From Nemertoderma westbladi (taxonomy: Eukaryota > Animalia > Xenacoelomorpha): DNA of 46,399 bases. Where the stretch lies: positions 1-46,399 of the forward strand of contig JAUCBJ010000639.1 in NCBI GenBank assembly GCA_032718475.1, read 5' to 3'. Every line of letters starts with the position of its first letter. Positions within the stretch are counted from its first letter, which is position 1. The translations under genes were made by a program, and so were the position numbers. A model generated the notes under the pieces. It saw only the letters and a list, made by a program, of their open reading frames with translations, did no database searches and was not told where the DNA came from. This document shows positions 34,301 to 46,399 of this stretch, piece after piece.

Positions 34301-37300
34301 GTTGGGTTTACCGGGTTTGGGAACGTAATGATGTGTTAAATAGTACGTTCTCTCAGTTATAGGTGTTTCTTCCGGTACTCGCTCCGCATATCCCTTGTCA
34401 ATGAATTTCTTCAGCTGGGTCTTGTACATCTCCTTAGCTGAAGCATTTGCCGTAAGGCGTCGATGTAGTTGAGCAATTCTTTTCTCCCCCAGGGTCGGTT
34501 GTTTATAAAATTGGGTTCTCGCCGTCGGAAAGGCAGACCAATCTCATACCTACCTTGATCTTTAAGAAAACGTGTAGTCGTTTCCTGTATCTGCTTGGCT
34601 CTTTCTTCTTCTACCGATAGGGCCTTATTGTAGGAATTGGGCTCTACAGCCTCTTGAGTAAAGAATCGTACGGCGTGTTCATCGCGAGTCTTCGCGTTGT
34701 AACGATCTATCACTTCATTCAGTTCGTCGTTGTAATCGACTTGTCCCGCTGGATGGATGAGGTGACACAGGTTCACTTGATTTTGCCAAGTTTCATTTTC
34801 CGTAAGGAGGTCGATGGTATTCTCCTCGTCGAATAGTTGATGAATATCGTCATTATCTGAGGAGTATGGTGTTCCCTCAGGTGTGTCGTCTCCCTCACTG
34901 ATTTCCTCTTCCCATTCACTCACCTGGTAGACTTGTTCTTTAGGTAGCCTTTCCATGAGAGTTCTACGGGAAGGTCCAGTAAAGTACCAACCTACTCTAG
35001 TTCTTCCCGCATAGGTTTGCAGTGGTTGCGGTTGAGCAGGCCGTTTCTCTAATGTCTCAAGCGCCTCATGCGCATTTTGGTCGATGAGTATCTGTACCCC
35101 TGGGTAGTCGGTGTTGAATCTAGGTATCTCCTGCTGCTGGGTGAAATCGTCTTCATCCCAGTTATAAGGTTCCACTTGGCTGGTAGCAAAGTTCTTTATC
35201 GCCACCATTTTTACTGACCTTATACTGTGTTCTCCTAGTTCATCCTGGGGGGTGGACAACGCGCCTACATAGTAGTCTGTAGCTACTGTAGATTTCCAAA
35301 CCTGCATAATTCCTGAAAGGTTCAACTTAGTTCGGAACTTGGGTTGTCCAGCAAAGATGTCTTCGGCTAGTTCTTTGTCGATGAATGTTCCTGTGCTGCC
35401 GGAGTCAAGGAGGGCGTTCACTATATAGCTCCTTTTTAACCCATGGACTCTCAACTGCACTACGGGAAATTCTCGGATTCCTACGTTGGAAGTTGGCGCT
35501 TTCCAAGATGGTTGTCGGTCAGGAATAGTTAGGGGGAGCTCACTATCGGTTTCAGTCTCATACGTAAGCGCTCGATACACCGCGGTGTTTATGATATAGC
35601 AGGATTCGTTTTCGTCGGAGAATTCGTCCGTGTAGAATCCTTCCATCTCAGAACTTTGGTCAGTGTCGTTCACATCACTGAATTGGAAATGTAGTTCGGA
35701 CTCACTTACCTGACTCGGGCTGTTTCTTTCGAATTTGGTGTGCAACAAGATATGATGTTTCGCGCCGCACTTAGCACACCTTGCATTGGAGTAACAGGTT
35801 CGCCATTGGTGTCCTTATCTGAGACAATTATAACACAACCGCTTATCCCACATGACTTCGCGTCTATCTTTTAGGGATTTCTTTAGAAATTCATCACACA
35901 CACTTAAACGGTGGGGCCCGTTTGCACAATGCACATTTTGGTTTGATGTTACTTACTTTACCTTGGGTAGTGTTGTGCACACTCGTTCTTTCCTCGGGCT
36001 TTCTTCCATGAATTCTCTTAGGAGACGTAGGAGTTTTTGTTACCTGTTCTCTCCTGTCACTAGTTCGAGACTTAAATTTACTTACGTCCTTAGGTGCTTT
36101 GTTGACATAGTAAGATCTTTCGGTGTCTTTCCCGTTGTTCTCCTCTTGAGAGGCCTGGCTTTCGCCATCATCTGTATAACACACTGGTGTTACCTTTCTC
36201 CTAGAAACGGGTTTCTCACTTACCTTATTTTCCGGTGTCTTCTCTCTGGACTGCTTTAGGAGCTGTAATTTTACCTCTCCATCCAAGAATGACATGAGAT
36301 CAGCCATGGTAGGGTCTCTTCGTTGTTGTTCCATCATATATAGAACTCTTTTGTCCCAACGAGTACCCACTTCACCCTTTGGCAAGGTAGATGCTACAGC
36401 TCCAATAACCATAGAACTCTGATATTCATGAGACTTACCTAGCCAATCTAATTGTCTACAAATCTCCTGGATCTCATCGGAAAATTCTATAATCCCGCTG
36501 CTAAGAAACTTTCGGGGCGCTACCAATTTCGCATACAAATACCTAGCTATGTTATTCCTATTACCATATCTGATGTTTAGTGTATCCCAAACTTGTCTTA
36601 ATCCATCTGGATGTCCAATAAACTTTAACGCCATTAACTTGGGAGATCCTTCCAAGCACTCGATGAGGAATCTAAGCTTCTCTCCGTTAGATAGCACAGA
36701 GTTCTGTATGTTATCTTTGTAATATTCATTAAAAGGTAACCATTTCATCTCATCTCCATTGAACTTGACGACCTCTCCCACCTTTACCGCTTGACAGGCT
36801 TCAGTTCTAGCCATCTAACGTGTAAAACTTTCTTGAGCCATCGTATTATTTAATATCTAATTATCGGTATATAAATTTCTCGGATTATTATCAGATTGAT
36901 ATGGGATATCATTATCAACAGGCTTATTAATATCCTTAATAGGGTTTACTATCGGAGTCTCTACTTCGCTAGCAGTATAGATGCGTGTAGGCTCCACACC
37001 TTGCGCATGAAATACTTCAGACCTAACAGGTTGACACATTGTTACAGAGGGTGGTGGTATACCCTTTTGTAGATTTACTAACTTATCGCGTTCTAACGCG
37101 ATACTCTGCTGCACTTCCTGCAATTCTAACCTACTCTCTCTTACTGTTCCCCTTAACTGTTGAACAGTCCCCTCCAGCTCTCGGACCTGCTGGGAGGAGC
37201 GTGCCTGATTCTCCTCCATCTGCCCGAGGAGAATATCCATCCCCCGCCGTCGCTCATCCACCCACTCTACCGCCGAAGCGGGAGCCGCCAACATAGTAGC

Positions 37301-39184
37301 GGGTAGACGAGGGACGACGGGCGATAAATCGTTAATGTCTCGCTCGGCGTCCAGGACTGGAATTGACTCTGGAACAGTCCAACTGGTTACAGGTAGTTTA
37401 GTACTGAGCAAAGGGAATTTAGAGTTAGGTTCTGGAAGTACAGGGGTCTCTATCACAGAAGGGGTGGCTTCGAGAACAGGCCTAATTATTTCAGGCTCAT
37501 CTACTATAGTAGGGAGTCTTTCTACTCTAATAATTTGGTCTGTGGGTTCTGTACTACCTAAGTCTGCACTAGCTAGTTGCCTTCTCACAGCTGGGGGCAA
37601 ATTAGGCAATTTCTGATGGTGAGGCGTTCTTCTACGTCTGCTGGAACGAGATCTATTTCTTCCGCCTTCAGGATCTGTTGTATCGCCTTCATCAGATGAT
37701 GTAAATCCCTGTCTCTTGGGAGTAGATCGACTTATCATCTGCATATACTTAGCTGTTCTTTGTTTATTGAAATAATCTTGCTTCTCTTGAAGATTTTCCA
37801 ACTCTAGTTGGATTGTCTCTTCAGATGCTTTCCGTTCTGCTTCTACCACTGCCTCTGCCACCTTTCTTTCCGCTTCTGCCGCTGCTACCTTTCTTTCAGC
37901 TGCCTCTGCCGCTGCCGCTGCCGCTGCCGCTTTTCTTTCAGCCTCTGCCTCTGCCGTTGCAGCTGCCGCCTTTCTTTGAACTTCTGCCGCTGCCGCTGCT
38001 GCTACCTTTCTGTCTTCTATCCGTTTTTTCTTTAATTGTTCTTCCTGTTCCCTAGCGAGGAGGATGCTTTCATCAAATTTAGCCTGCTCTGCGACTAACA
38101 TTTCCGCATCTAATGCGTCTAACACAAATTTGGCTCCTTCACTAGTAGGGTGAAGTCCAGCCAGCCGTCTCCTCAACTCTTTGTCACCTATAAATCGTTG
38201 ATAGTCCGACAGAAAGATGTCAATAGCGTCCTTCTTCTGAGGTTTCTCCAATGTCGCTTCGCTTTCCACTTGAGAAAAGGTAGCGTCTGTTGATTCTCCG
38301 TGGGTCGAGAGCTCAGCCAGCTGAATTTTCCACTGGGCCGTTCCTTGAACTTTGAGACCCACCCGCTGGAACCAAGTCTTTACGGCAACTTGCAACGACG
38401 TGTCTTGGCTTCTTTTCGAAGCTTCCTCAAAGGCCGATAGGATTAGTCTGATTCTTAGGATACATTCTCGAACTTGATAAAGCAGCTCTCCCTGCTCTTG
38501 AGGTCCTTGGGGTTGTTGAAACAGTTGTTCCTCTAATCGCTCCAAAGAGCTGAAGAATCCCTGTACATATCCTGCTGCCGACCTCTTCCACACAGCTGGA
38601 TCTCTAGTGTCTCTTACCACTCCCATCCTGTATAAGTCCTCCCAGGCAGCTTCCGATAAGTTAAACGGGAGTCCGGGTCTGGGGAAATTCCATTACGTCT
38701 CGACAATAGACTTCAGTTCCTCCTTCGTGTATCCCGCATAACTGTCCTTGGTCGATCGCTTACTTCTCGCCCAATCCATTTGATGTTCCTCCACCGCAAT
38801 CAATACTCTAGTGAGTACGGCTTCAGGAAGAATGAGAAGTGGATCCGAATAAACTGCTTCTGCTATCTTTGCTCCGCGCTCGGATGTCAACTCTACAGTA
38901 TCTGAACTACTGGAGCTATCGGGCCGCTGAGAAATAAGTTCTCGGCTCGAGTGTTGCTGTTGTTTAACAGCTGCCTCTTGGTCCCGCTTGACTTGAGCCC
39001 GAGTGATTATGATAGACCTACGGTGTTTGACTAGCCTAGGGTCTGATACTACTACTGGAGGGATGACCTTTCTTACAGTAGGAGGGGAGTTGAACTTCGG
39101 TCTCAAATGTTCCGCACTCCTATCTGGATCACAGATTGTTGTATCTAGGAGACTGTCTGACAGATTTTGCTTTGTGTCAGCCAT
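31380..39184 (-). pseudogene. BEL Gag-Pol polyprotein with premature stops and frameshifts
   Basis: In-frame stops at 38693, 36857 and ~36815. Gag knuckles, protease LLDSGS, RT (RVVFDGS, SDIEGMF, YMDD), RNaseH (FGDAS, YWTD, HCPGTINPADIASRG) and integrase (GVDLFGP, SDKGTNF, PWWGGSWERL). Confidence 0.93.
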
Positions 39185-41095
39185 GTTTGTTTGTACAGTT
39201 GAATGCCTACTACTATAACTACAGTTAAAGCAAGTCTAGTAATTCAGTATCAACTATAAGCCTAGTAATTAATTACTGATACCGTTACTCAGTGTAACGT
39301 GTTATATATACAATATATTAGAATACCGGTATACACTTATAGTATATATAAGTATTATTACGGACTAGGTTTCGTCACAGAATACCGGTATATAATTTCA
39401 GCGCAAATATATATAAATATATAATAAGCCTACTGTGAATACCAGTATACAGCTTAACTTACACTTATAGTATATATAAGTATAATTATAGACATAAAAT
39501 TAATTACAGAATAACGGTATATAATTTCAGCATAAATTTATAGAAATAAATATAATAAGCCTATCGTAAATACCGGTATGTCAATTATTTTATAATAACT
39601 GAATTTCTGAATTTTAGGGTTACCTTTCTTTACTTTGTTACTGTTATTAAGCAGTAGTCCAACTGATATTAAGACCTAATTGATGGATGACAGGCCTACT
39701 ATTTTATAAATCGGCTTGAGTTGATTTATAATATATATATACCCGTTTAATGGGTTTTGTTACAATATTGGAAATAAATGTTATTATTTCTAGGTAAGGA
39801 GTCACTTCACAGAAGCTGAACGCTCTCAGTGGAGTGCTACTTATTGGACACTAAAACAAATAATTCTAATTTACTAAGTTACTTATTACTACAAATTACG
39901 TACAATTACTGGGTGAGATTACAATCTCTAAATAAACACAAAAAAATTACATGTACAAATTTTAGGGTAATTTTACAGGAAATCTACGAACCAGCCTAAC
40001 AAGGGGTTAGAAATTTCTGGTTATTACAAACGGACAGGATACTACGGTATTTGAAAATAATAAAGCAGTAGTAAATATATTGCGTTGTCTAGATAAGAAA
40101 TTACCACCGCCTGACGACTTATAGTCTCTAGCTTTACAGCTCTATAAGTACTACGTTATGTACCCGGAATGTCCCTACCTAGAAGTTAATTACCGCAGCC
40201 AACCATAGCTAACATGCCTATTAACTACTTTACAACACAAATATACTGCCTACACACTAATTACCTTCGGAAAGCACTGTACACTAAACCCTAAATTAGG
40301 TACAAGTACTTATAGAACAAATAACCAGCAGTTAAAAATACTTGTACAGCTAAAAGAACCACGGTATCTGCTGGAGTGACTAGAGCATAAAATCACCAGT
40401 CTTTACCTACGCCAAACAGCCCTGATGTAGTACCGGGATTAATTTAACTATAACGGTATGTATAACAAGCACAATTACTGTAGGAATAAACTTGGGGTGG
40501 TGTATGTTGCGAATAATTGCATAAACTCTGAATAATAAATATTACGCTACCCATACAGACTACACAAACAAAATACAAACCAAATGCTGACAGACTACTA
40601 TCAAGCCTAAATAAACTACAGTATATGCAGACTCCGAAATGGTTAGTTAGTATGCGTTCTAACCGAGTAGTACGACTTATTCTTTCGGAGGGGAATTACC
40701 TTACAACACTGGATGCCCCTACCTTCCTAATTAGTATTTTTATCGGACATACACTCTACACACACTGCAATCTCTTCGGACCTGACAACAGCCAGACAAC
40801 AATCCAGCCTACAAATTATTTGTACAATCTGAGCAGGCTTACACGCCTTCTGCTCAATATTAACTTACAGATAAATAAAACTGACAGAAATAAGTAAAAT
40901 CCCAATAAAAAACCAGGGCGGCCGTCCCTGATTAAATATCAAGACCTACCGGTATATAATTATCAAAATCGAATAATACTGCTGTACCTATACTGCTGTA
41001 AGTACCGGTTCGGGTGGTTAGGTAGTTAGGCCTACAGATTACCAGTCGACCGGTACTTTCGACTTTATTCCCTACGTTGCAATAAAGAAACTAGA

Positions 41096-41106
41096 ATAAC
41101 TGTTAT
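41096..41106 (-). other. Primer-binding-site position, non-tRNA type (ATAACAGTTAT)
   Basis: Abuts the 5' LTR end. Complementary to 41834-41844 on the element strand. Confidence 0.6.
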
Positions 41107-42224
41107 TGTTCGCGCTTTTAGACCTTTAGCAGTTTAACCCGCCAATTTTAGGTGTCTTCTAGTTTATAAATCGACTTTAGCCTATAACAAGTATTTGTTG
41201 CTATAAAGTTACATTGGCCAAAGCCAGCCTATGCGCGACCATTCACCCACAGTTAAGGGAGACTGGATTCGGAGGCTCTGACCTTATTGCGGTGTAGACT
41301 TACTGTATTATTCGATTGCTCGTTACTATAATATCTCTGACAAATATTATTTACTTTTGGGAAATATTAACAGTTCCTTTTAGGACGTGGCGCTCTAAGT
41401 ATGTAAACAGAGTTATGACTTACACTAAACACAATGGGATGGCTAATGATTTTCGTATAAAGCGCATTCTTTAGGAAATGCTTTGTTATCTGTCACACTC
41501 ATGCACACTACCGCACACTGCTGCACACTGATCTGCCGACCTTCACTAAATTTGATCATATATAAGGAGAATAGCAACTGACACATGTAGGGATTATGAA
41601 ATAGCATTCAATTCACTCCAAAACCACTATAATGTAAGTCGCAGTTGCTACAGGTAACTGGTCCCTCTTACCTTCAGTATATCAAGAAGATTGGGGTTTT
41701 ATGATTATTTATCGATATTCTCCAAATATAACAACATATCCACCAACTTATAACAATTAATAACCAACAGTAAATAGCAGTAAAATAATGCTGTGAAAGG
41801 TATGTATAGTATGATATGGGCTGATATGTTTTGATAACAGTTATACGTTCCTATAATCAAAGCCGTCGAATGTTTGGCTAAAGTCTGAAACTAAGAATAA
41901 TTCCAAAGCCCATGTTCTGGGCTCAGGAAAAAGGTAAACAAAGACCGTCATGCATTGCGCGATTTCCCGTAGGCTTCTGTGCAAATAAAATGAAAATCGC
42001 TCTGATTGGTCGAGTGAGCTGAACAAAGAGAGTTAAGAAAGCTCCACATCGACATCAAAATCAGCTGATAGATTTCGTCATTTGAACCACTGTGTTAAGA
42101 GTATTTGGCGTATTGCGGCATAAGATGGCTTGTTATGTCCGCTAAAGTACACATACAGAAAAAATGGCTTTTTATGTCCGCTAAAACACCTACACAGTAC
42201 TTTGCGGGAAAAATGGCTTGTTAT
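41107..42224 (-). repeat. 5' LTR of BEL copy 2, outer ~70 bp deleted
   Basis: Matches 23458-~24576, then switches to RTE sequence. Confidence 0.92.
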
Positions 42225-42337
42225 ACGACCTTTACGGAACCCATTCTGATTTCCACGGAGCAGTCTCTCAATGGGATCCCTGATGCGATTTAATAGAATC
42301 CTATTGTATAGCTTTGCAGCAATCGAGATCAATGAGA
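42225..42337 (-). mobile_element. 5' part of the split RTE family A copy
   Basis: SLISIAAKLYNRILLNRIRDPIERLLRGNQNGFRKGR matches 18840-18951. Confidence 0.92.
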
Positions 42338-42341
42338 CAAT

Positions 42342-42615
42342 GATCCACATCAAACTGTATAATTATCATACAGAAGGCCTACATACATAGTACATACTGT
42401 ACCTACTGATACGAATACAGATCCACATCAAACTTTATAATTATCATACAGGAGGCCTACATACATCGTACATACTGATACAAATACAGAACCACATCAA
42501 ACTGTATAATTATCATACAGTAGGCCTACATACATAGTACATACTGTACCTACTGATACGAATACAGATCCACATCAAACTGTATAATTATCATACAGGA
42601 GGCCTACATACATAG
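42342..42615. repeat. 78-bp satellite array, right part (~3.5 units)
   Basis: Same unit, resuming in phase with the array broken at 22255. Confidence 0.95.
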
Positions 42616-42791
42616 TGTCGTGAATAGAAATGAAACACGAGGCAAATATAATAATACTTCTGTATTGTTATAATAGTTCAATAATACACCTTACCAGAAT
42701 AAGGCTTTACTTAGCTTATAATACAGCTGCAGAATGACAGTTAGGAATTATCGGTAGGACCTAGTATATATACGACATTTATAATACGACA
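42616..42791 (-). repeat. Putative 3' LTR of the Gypsy element (176 bp)
   Basis: TGTCGT...ACGACA inverted termini. Adjacent PPT AGGGGGGAAGAA on the minus strand (42792-42803). Confidence 0.8.
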
Positions 42792-43144
42792 TTCTTCCCC
42801 CCTGAAAAAAAATTAACAATTTTAAAATAAGGTAACTCGCAATTTCCAAAATAAAAAAAATCCAGTTAATCGAACAGTTTAGAACTGAAAGTAGAAAACA
42901 GATCCACAATGTTCGTGACAAAATCGGTGTACAGTATATGTACAGTACAGTACAGTATGAAGAAAATATATGTGGAATCAAGAGATCTAACCAACCAGCT
43001 AAAAGTTGACACGTCTAAAAATAATCCTACTATCATAAACCATAACCAAAATAAGAAAATGATCCCAACAACCAGTTTTGTTAATAACACCAGAAAAATC
43101 CACTTCAGTTTCACTTTCCAAGCAATTGAAAACAAATAAATATT

Positions 43145-46100
43145 TCATGGGTCCCAACCATAGTAACGAGGTGGGTGCCTAGAACGACTCGATCTACGTA
43201 CAACTAAAGTTTTGTTCGGTGGTTCAGGTTCAGTGTCCATCTCTACAAGTGGGGCTTGTTCCTGAAATTTCGCTGCATTGTTCATGGATTCTTCGCCCAA
43301 CTGTGTTTCTGTCGTCCCCTCTAAATGTTTCTCTAGTAATCCATCATCGACAATGGGATTCTCTGGAACAATATTTATTGGCTCAGCCGATATATCTGTA
43401 ACTCTGGATATCCTTTCATCTGTATCTGTCATTAAAGGGCTACTGACAGGACATGGAGCGAGGTCTCTCAGGGACACTGTCGTTTCCCTACCATCTTTGT
43501 AACGAATGTGTGCATATAATGGATTGACGTCAGTTAATTCAACTTCATCAACATAGGGATCATCTTTAGAAGTTCCAACAAATCTCCTGAGGAGCACCGG
43601 ACCAGGGCTCTCTAACCAACTGGGCAGTGAAGTTCCTTGGGGAGATCCACGGGTAAATCTAAAAAATCTCTCATGTGGGGTATTATTCGTTGCAGTACAC
43701 AACAAAGACCGTATGGAATGTAAAACGTCGGGAATGACTGCCTCCCAACAGGAGTCTTGTAAATTATGAGTTCGCAGTGACAACTTAGTAGCCTTCCATA
43801 TAGTTTGCACATATCGTTCAACCTGGCCATTCCCTTTGGGGTTATAAGGTGTAGATCGGCTACTGGGTATACCTTGGCGATTGAGATGGTTTTGAAGGTC
43901 TCTAGAAATTAGTGATGAACCACGATCAGAGTGAATATATCCCGCCATCCCACACAGTGAAAAGACAGCATCGAGACACTTAATAACGGTTTCTGTTTGC
44001 ATAGGTTGAGTCGCCTTAATTAAAGTAGCAGAAGCAGATGTAAAGAAAGAAGGTTTCAGTTCAGCACAAATGCGACAAGAAGAGCAGGTTCTCCTTACAT
44101 CGTCTGTCGAGAATGGGAGATTCTTTGTGCGAATGTAGTGGAGCATTCGAGTCACACATGGATGGCAGAGGCCAGTATGTAAATCAGCCAAAGTGTCTGA
44201 GTGGGTTGTAGTACAAAATGCTCTGGAGAAAGCATCGGCGGCAACATTATCGGTGCCAGGACAGTATTTTATATCGTATGAAAAGGAGGCTAATTCAAGA
44301 CGCCATTCTTGAATCTTACTGTTCTTAATTTTGCTTCTTCTGCGACTGTCTAACATAAAAGCCACAGATCGTTGATCAGTAATAAGGGTAAATGTCCGAC
44401 CAGCCAATGGATGCCGCCACTTCCTGACAGCCTCAATTACTGCCGTAGCTTCCTTTTCGACTGCCGGGTAATGGATTTCTGATTTGTTCAATGTTCTGGA
44501 CATAAAAGCTACAGAGTGTCCACCTTGATTCAAGGTAGCAGAAATTGCAACATTAGAAGCATCGCATTCAACAACAAATGGTAACGATTCATCGATACTT
44601 GACAGCGCAGCATTAGATAATTCAAGCTTGAGAAGTTCAAAAGCTTCTAGGGCTTCTGGATTAAGTGGGAAGGAGGAAGCAGAGACTAGTGGTTTAATCT
44701 TATCAGAGAACTGGTGGATCCACTTAGCATAATACGCAAAAGTCCGAGCACTCTCCGAAGACCTTTAATAGTTATAGGAGGAGGCAATTCTTGAAGACAA
44801 CGAAATCGTTCCGGGTCTGGTTTGATGAGTCCGTGGCCAACAAGGTAGCCTAAAACACTGATTTTGGAAACGGAAACTATCGATTTCGATTCATTTAGAA
44901 CAAGGTTCCGTTTTTGGAGAGATTGCATGAGATTGGCAAGATTATGGTCGTGTTCCTCTTGGGTTCGACCAGTCACTGTAATGTTGTCAAGATAAGGGTA
45001 TATATTTTCAAGTTTGTCCTCTTCTACCATATTATCCATTTCTCTCTGAAATTTTGAAACACCATTAGTAACACCAAATGGCACCCTTGTATATTGGTAT
45101 AGTTTTCCATTCGCTTGAAACGCTGTATAAGGTTTATCACTATCTGGTATAGGGAGCTGGTGATATGCACTTTTCAAGTCAAAGGTTGAAAAGACAGAAT
45201 AACCGGCGAGCTCCGATTTTTGGCAGTGGATAAGCGTCCAAAAGTGTAAACTGATTGATTGTTTGAGAGTAGTCAATGCATAAGCGTGGTTTCCGGCGAT
45301 CATATTCGTCTTTGGCGACGACAATTTGAGCTCTCCATGGTGTTGTGGATGGCTCTATAATACCTTCATTGAGTAATTTCTTTACTTCTTTATTAATGAA
45401 TAAACGATCGGCTTTACTAAAGTTGCGTGATTTAGTAGCGATAGGTCGACAGTTTGCTGCAAGGTTGGCGAAAAGTCAAATATTGTTTACATTGGCAGTT
45501 GTGAGGTTACAATGTGATTGCGTGTTAGACACTCTAAATGGAGGAAGAATGCAATCATATTCAATTATTAAACTGTCATGTTGGCGTTGAAAATCTTGCC
45601 CAAGAATAATTTTGGAACAGAGATTACTGAGCACTTCAAGATAAATAGATGGGTAGATGGTATTGTTGATTTCGAAATCAGTCACCCAAGATCCTAATAC
45701 TTGCGCAGTTAAGTTGCTCTGAGGCATGTTGATCTCCCTTGTCTTTGGGTCAATTTGCAGATTGAGCCATCGGGCTGCTTTATCGCTTATAAAGCTGTCT
45801 GAGCTACATGAATCTACAAGAGTGGAGATGTCTATTCCTTTAATTTTGCATGTTATAGCTGCATATCGGTGACCCCATGGAACATTGGCACTTATCGAGC
45901 ACATTGTAGGTTTAAACATGGCGGCAGTAAGTAGTAGATGTCTTTGGCTTTGAGCGAGATTTGGACAGTCAAACCTTCGCAAAATGACCAGTTTTCCCAC
46001 ATCTCTCACAATTAGCGTCTTTCGCAGGACAAAGAATCCGTTTGTGAACCGCACCGCCACAAAAGAAACATTTTGCCGTCGCTACATTCAGCCGTGTGTC

Positions 46101-46399
46101 CCGTGCAGCTAACAAACTTTCTCCAATCTCGTAATCGCCCAAAGCACCACTACTTGTCGTAGCAGCGAGGGTCATGGGCCTGTGGGAAGTCGTAGAGTAA
46201 GCATCAGCATTCCTCTGCGCACGATCAAGAGAATATGCTTGATTATGTGCTTCTGACAGCGTTACAGTTTTGTTCTCGAGAAGTCGTTGCTGTATCATCG
46301 CAGAGGATAAACCGTTAATGAAGGAATCGCAAATTAATTCCTCTCTATAAGTATCTGCTGTGACTGCCTTTATTCTGCAATCTTTACTGAGTTTCCGGA
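43145..46399 (-). pseudogene. Gypsy gag-pol, frameshifted, with an apparent deletion of the first integrase catalytic segment
   Basis: Split over ORFs 45969-46298, 45476-46060, 44686-45324 and 43145-44533. KATQPMQ joins directly to TETVIKCL. Confidence 0.88.

Larger units (their letters stand above)
23458..42224 (-). mobile_element. BEL/Pao LTR retrotransposon copy 2, near full-length, disrupted, carrying a nested CRE element
   Basis: LTRs about 98-99% identical (roughly 17 differences by eye). Gag-PR-RT-RH-IN order with Pao motifs. Host RTE sequence resumes at 42225. Confidence 0.95.
42616..46399 (-). mobile_element. Ty3/Gypsy LTR retrotransposon, degenerate, 5' end outside the window
   Basis: Gag knuckles (CFFCGGAVH..C, CERCGKTGHFAKV), protease LVDSCS, RT (FDLKSAYHQ, PFGVTNG, YLDN), RNaseH (EKEA, TDQ, ADAFSR) and integrase (HSDRGS, GQVER). 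Confidence 0.93.

Noticed and set aside
23458-42224. Apparent conflict between young LTRs and a decayed polyprotein
   Set aside because: About 1.5% LTR divergence is enough to explain a few stops and indels in 7.8 kb.

Overview
AT-rich eukaryotic genomic DNA, probably from an invertebrate animal. It holds one intact host gene, a 5-coding-exon type II glutamine synthetase (+ strand, 10554-14611, 365 aa), within nested retroelements. These are two copies of one BEL/Pao LTR family on the minus strand (1143-8025, deleted and rearranged; 23458-42224, near full-length but disrupted), two RTE-like LINE families, a CRE-clade RLE-type LINE inserted in the second BEL copy, a 78-bp satellite and a Ty3/Gypsy element running off the right end. 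The most notable observation is that the BEL family has no tRNA-type PBS. The 11 nt next to its 5' LTR are instead the exact reverse complement of an 11-mer conserved inside all four LTRs, which suggests Tf1-like self-priming. The same family carries an extra 3' ORF and a duplicated hairpin with compensatory changes. The CRE reverse transcriptase contains an in-frame Pro-rich minisatellite, and the GS exon-2 splice donor is amplified six-fold. All alignments and counts were done by eye.
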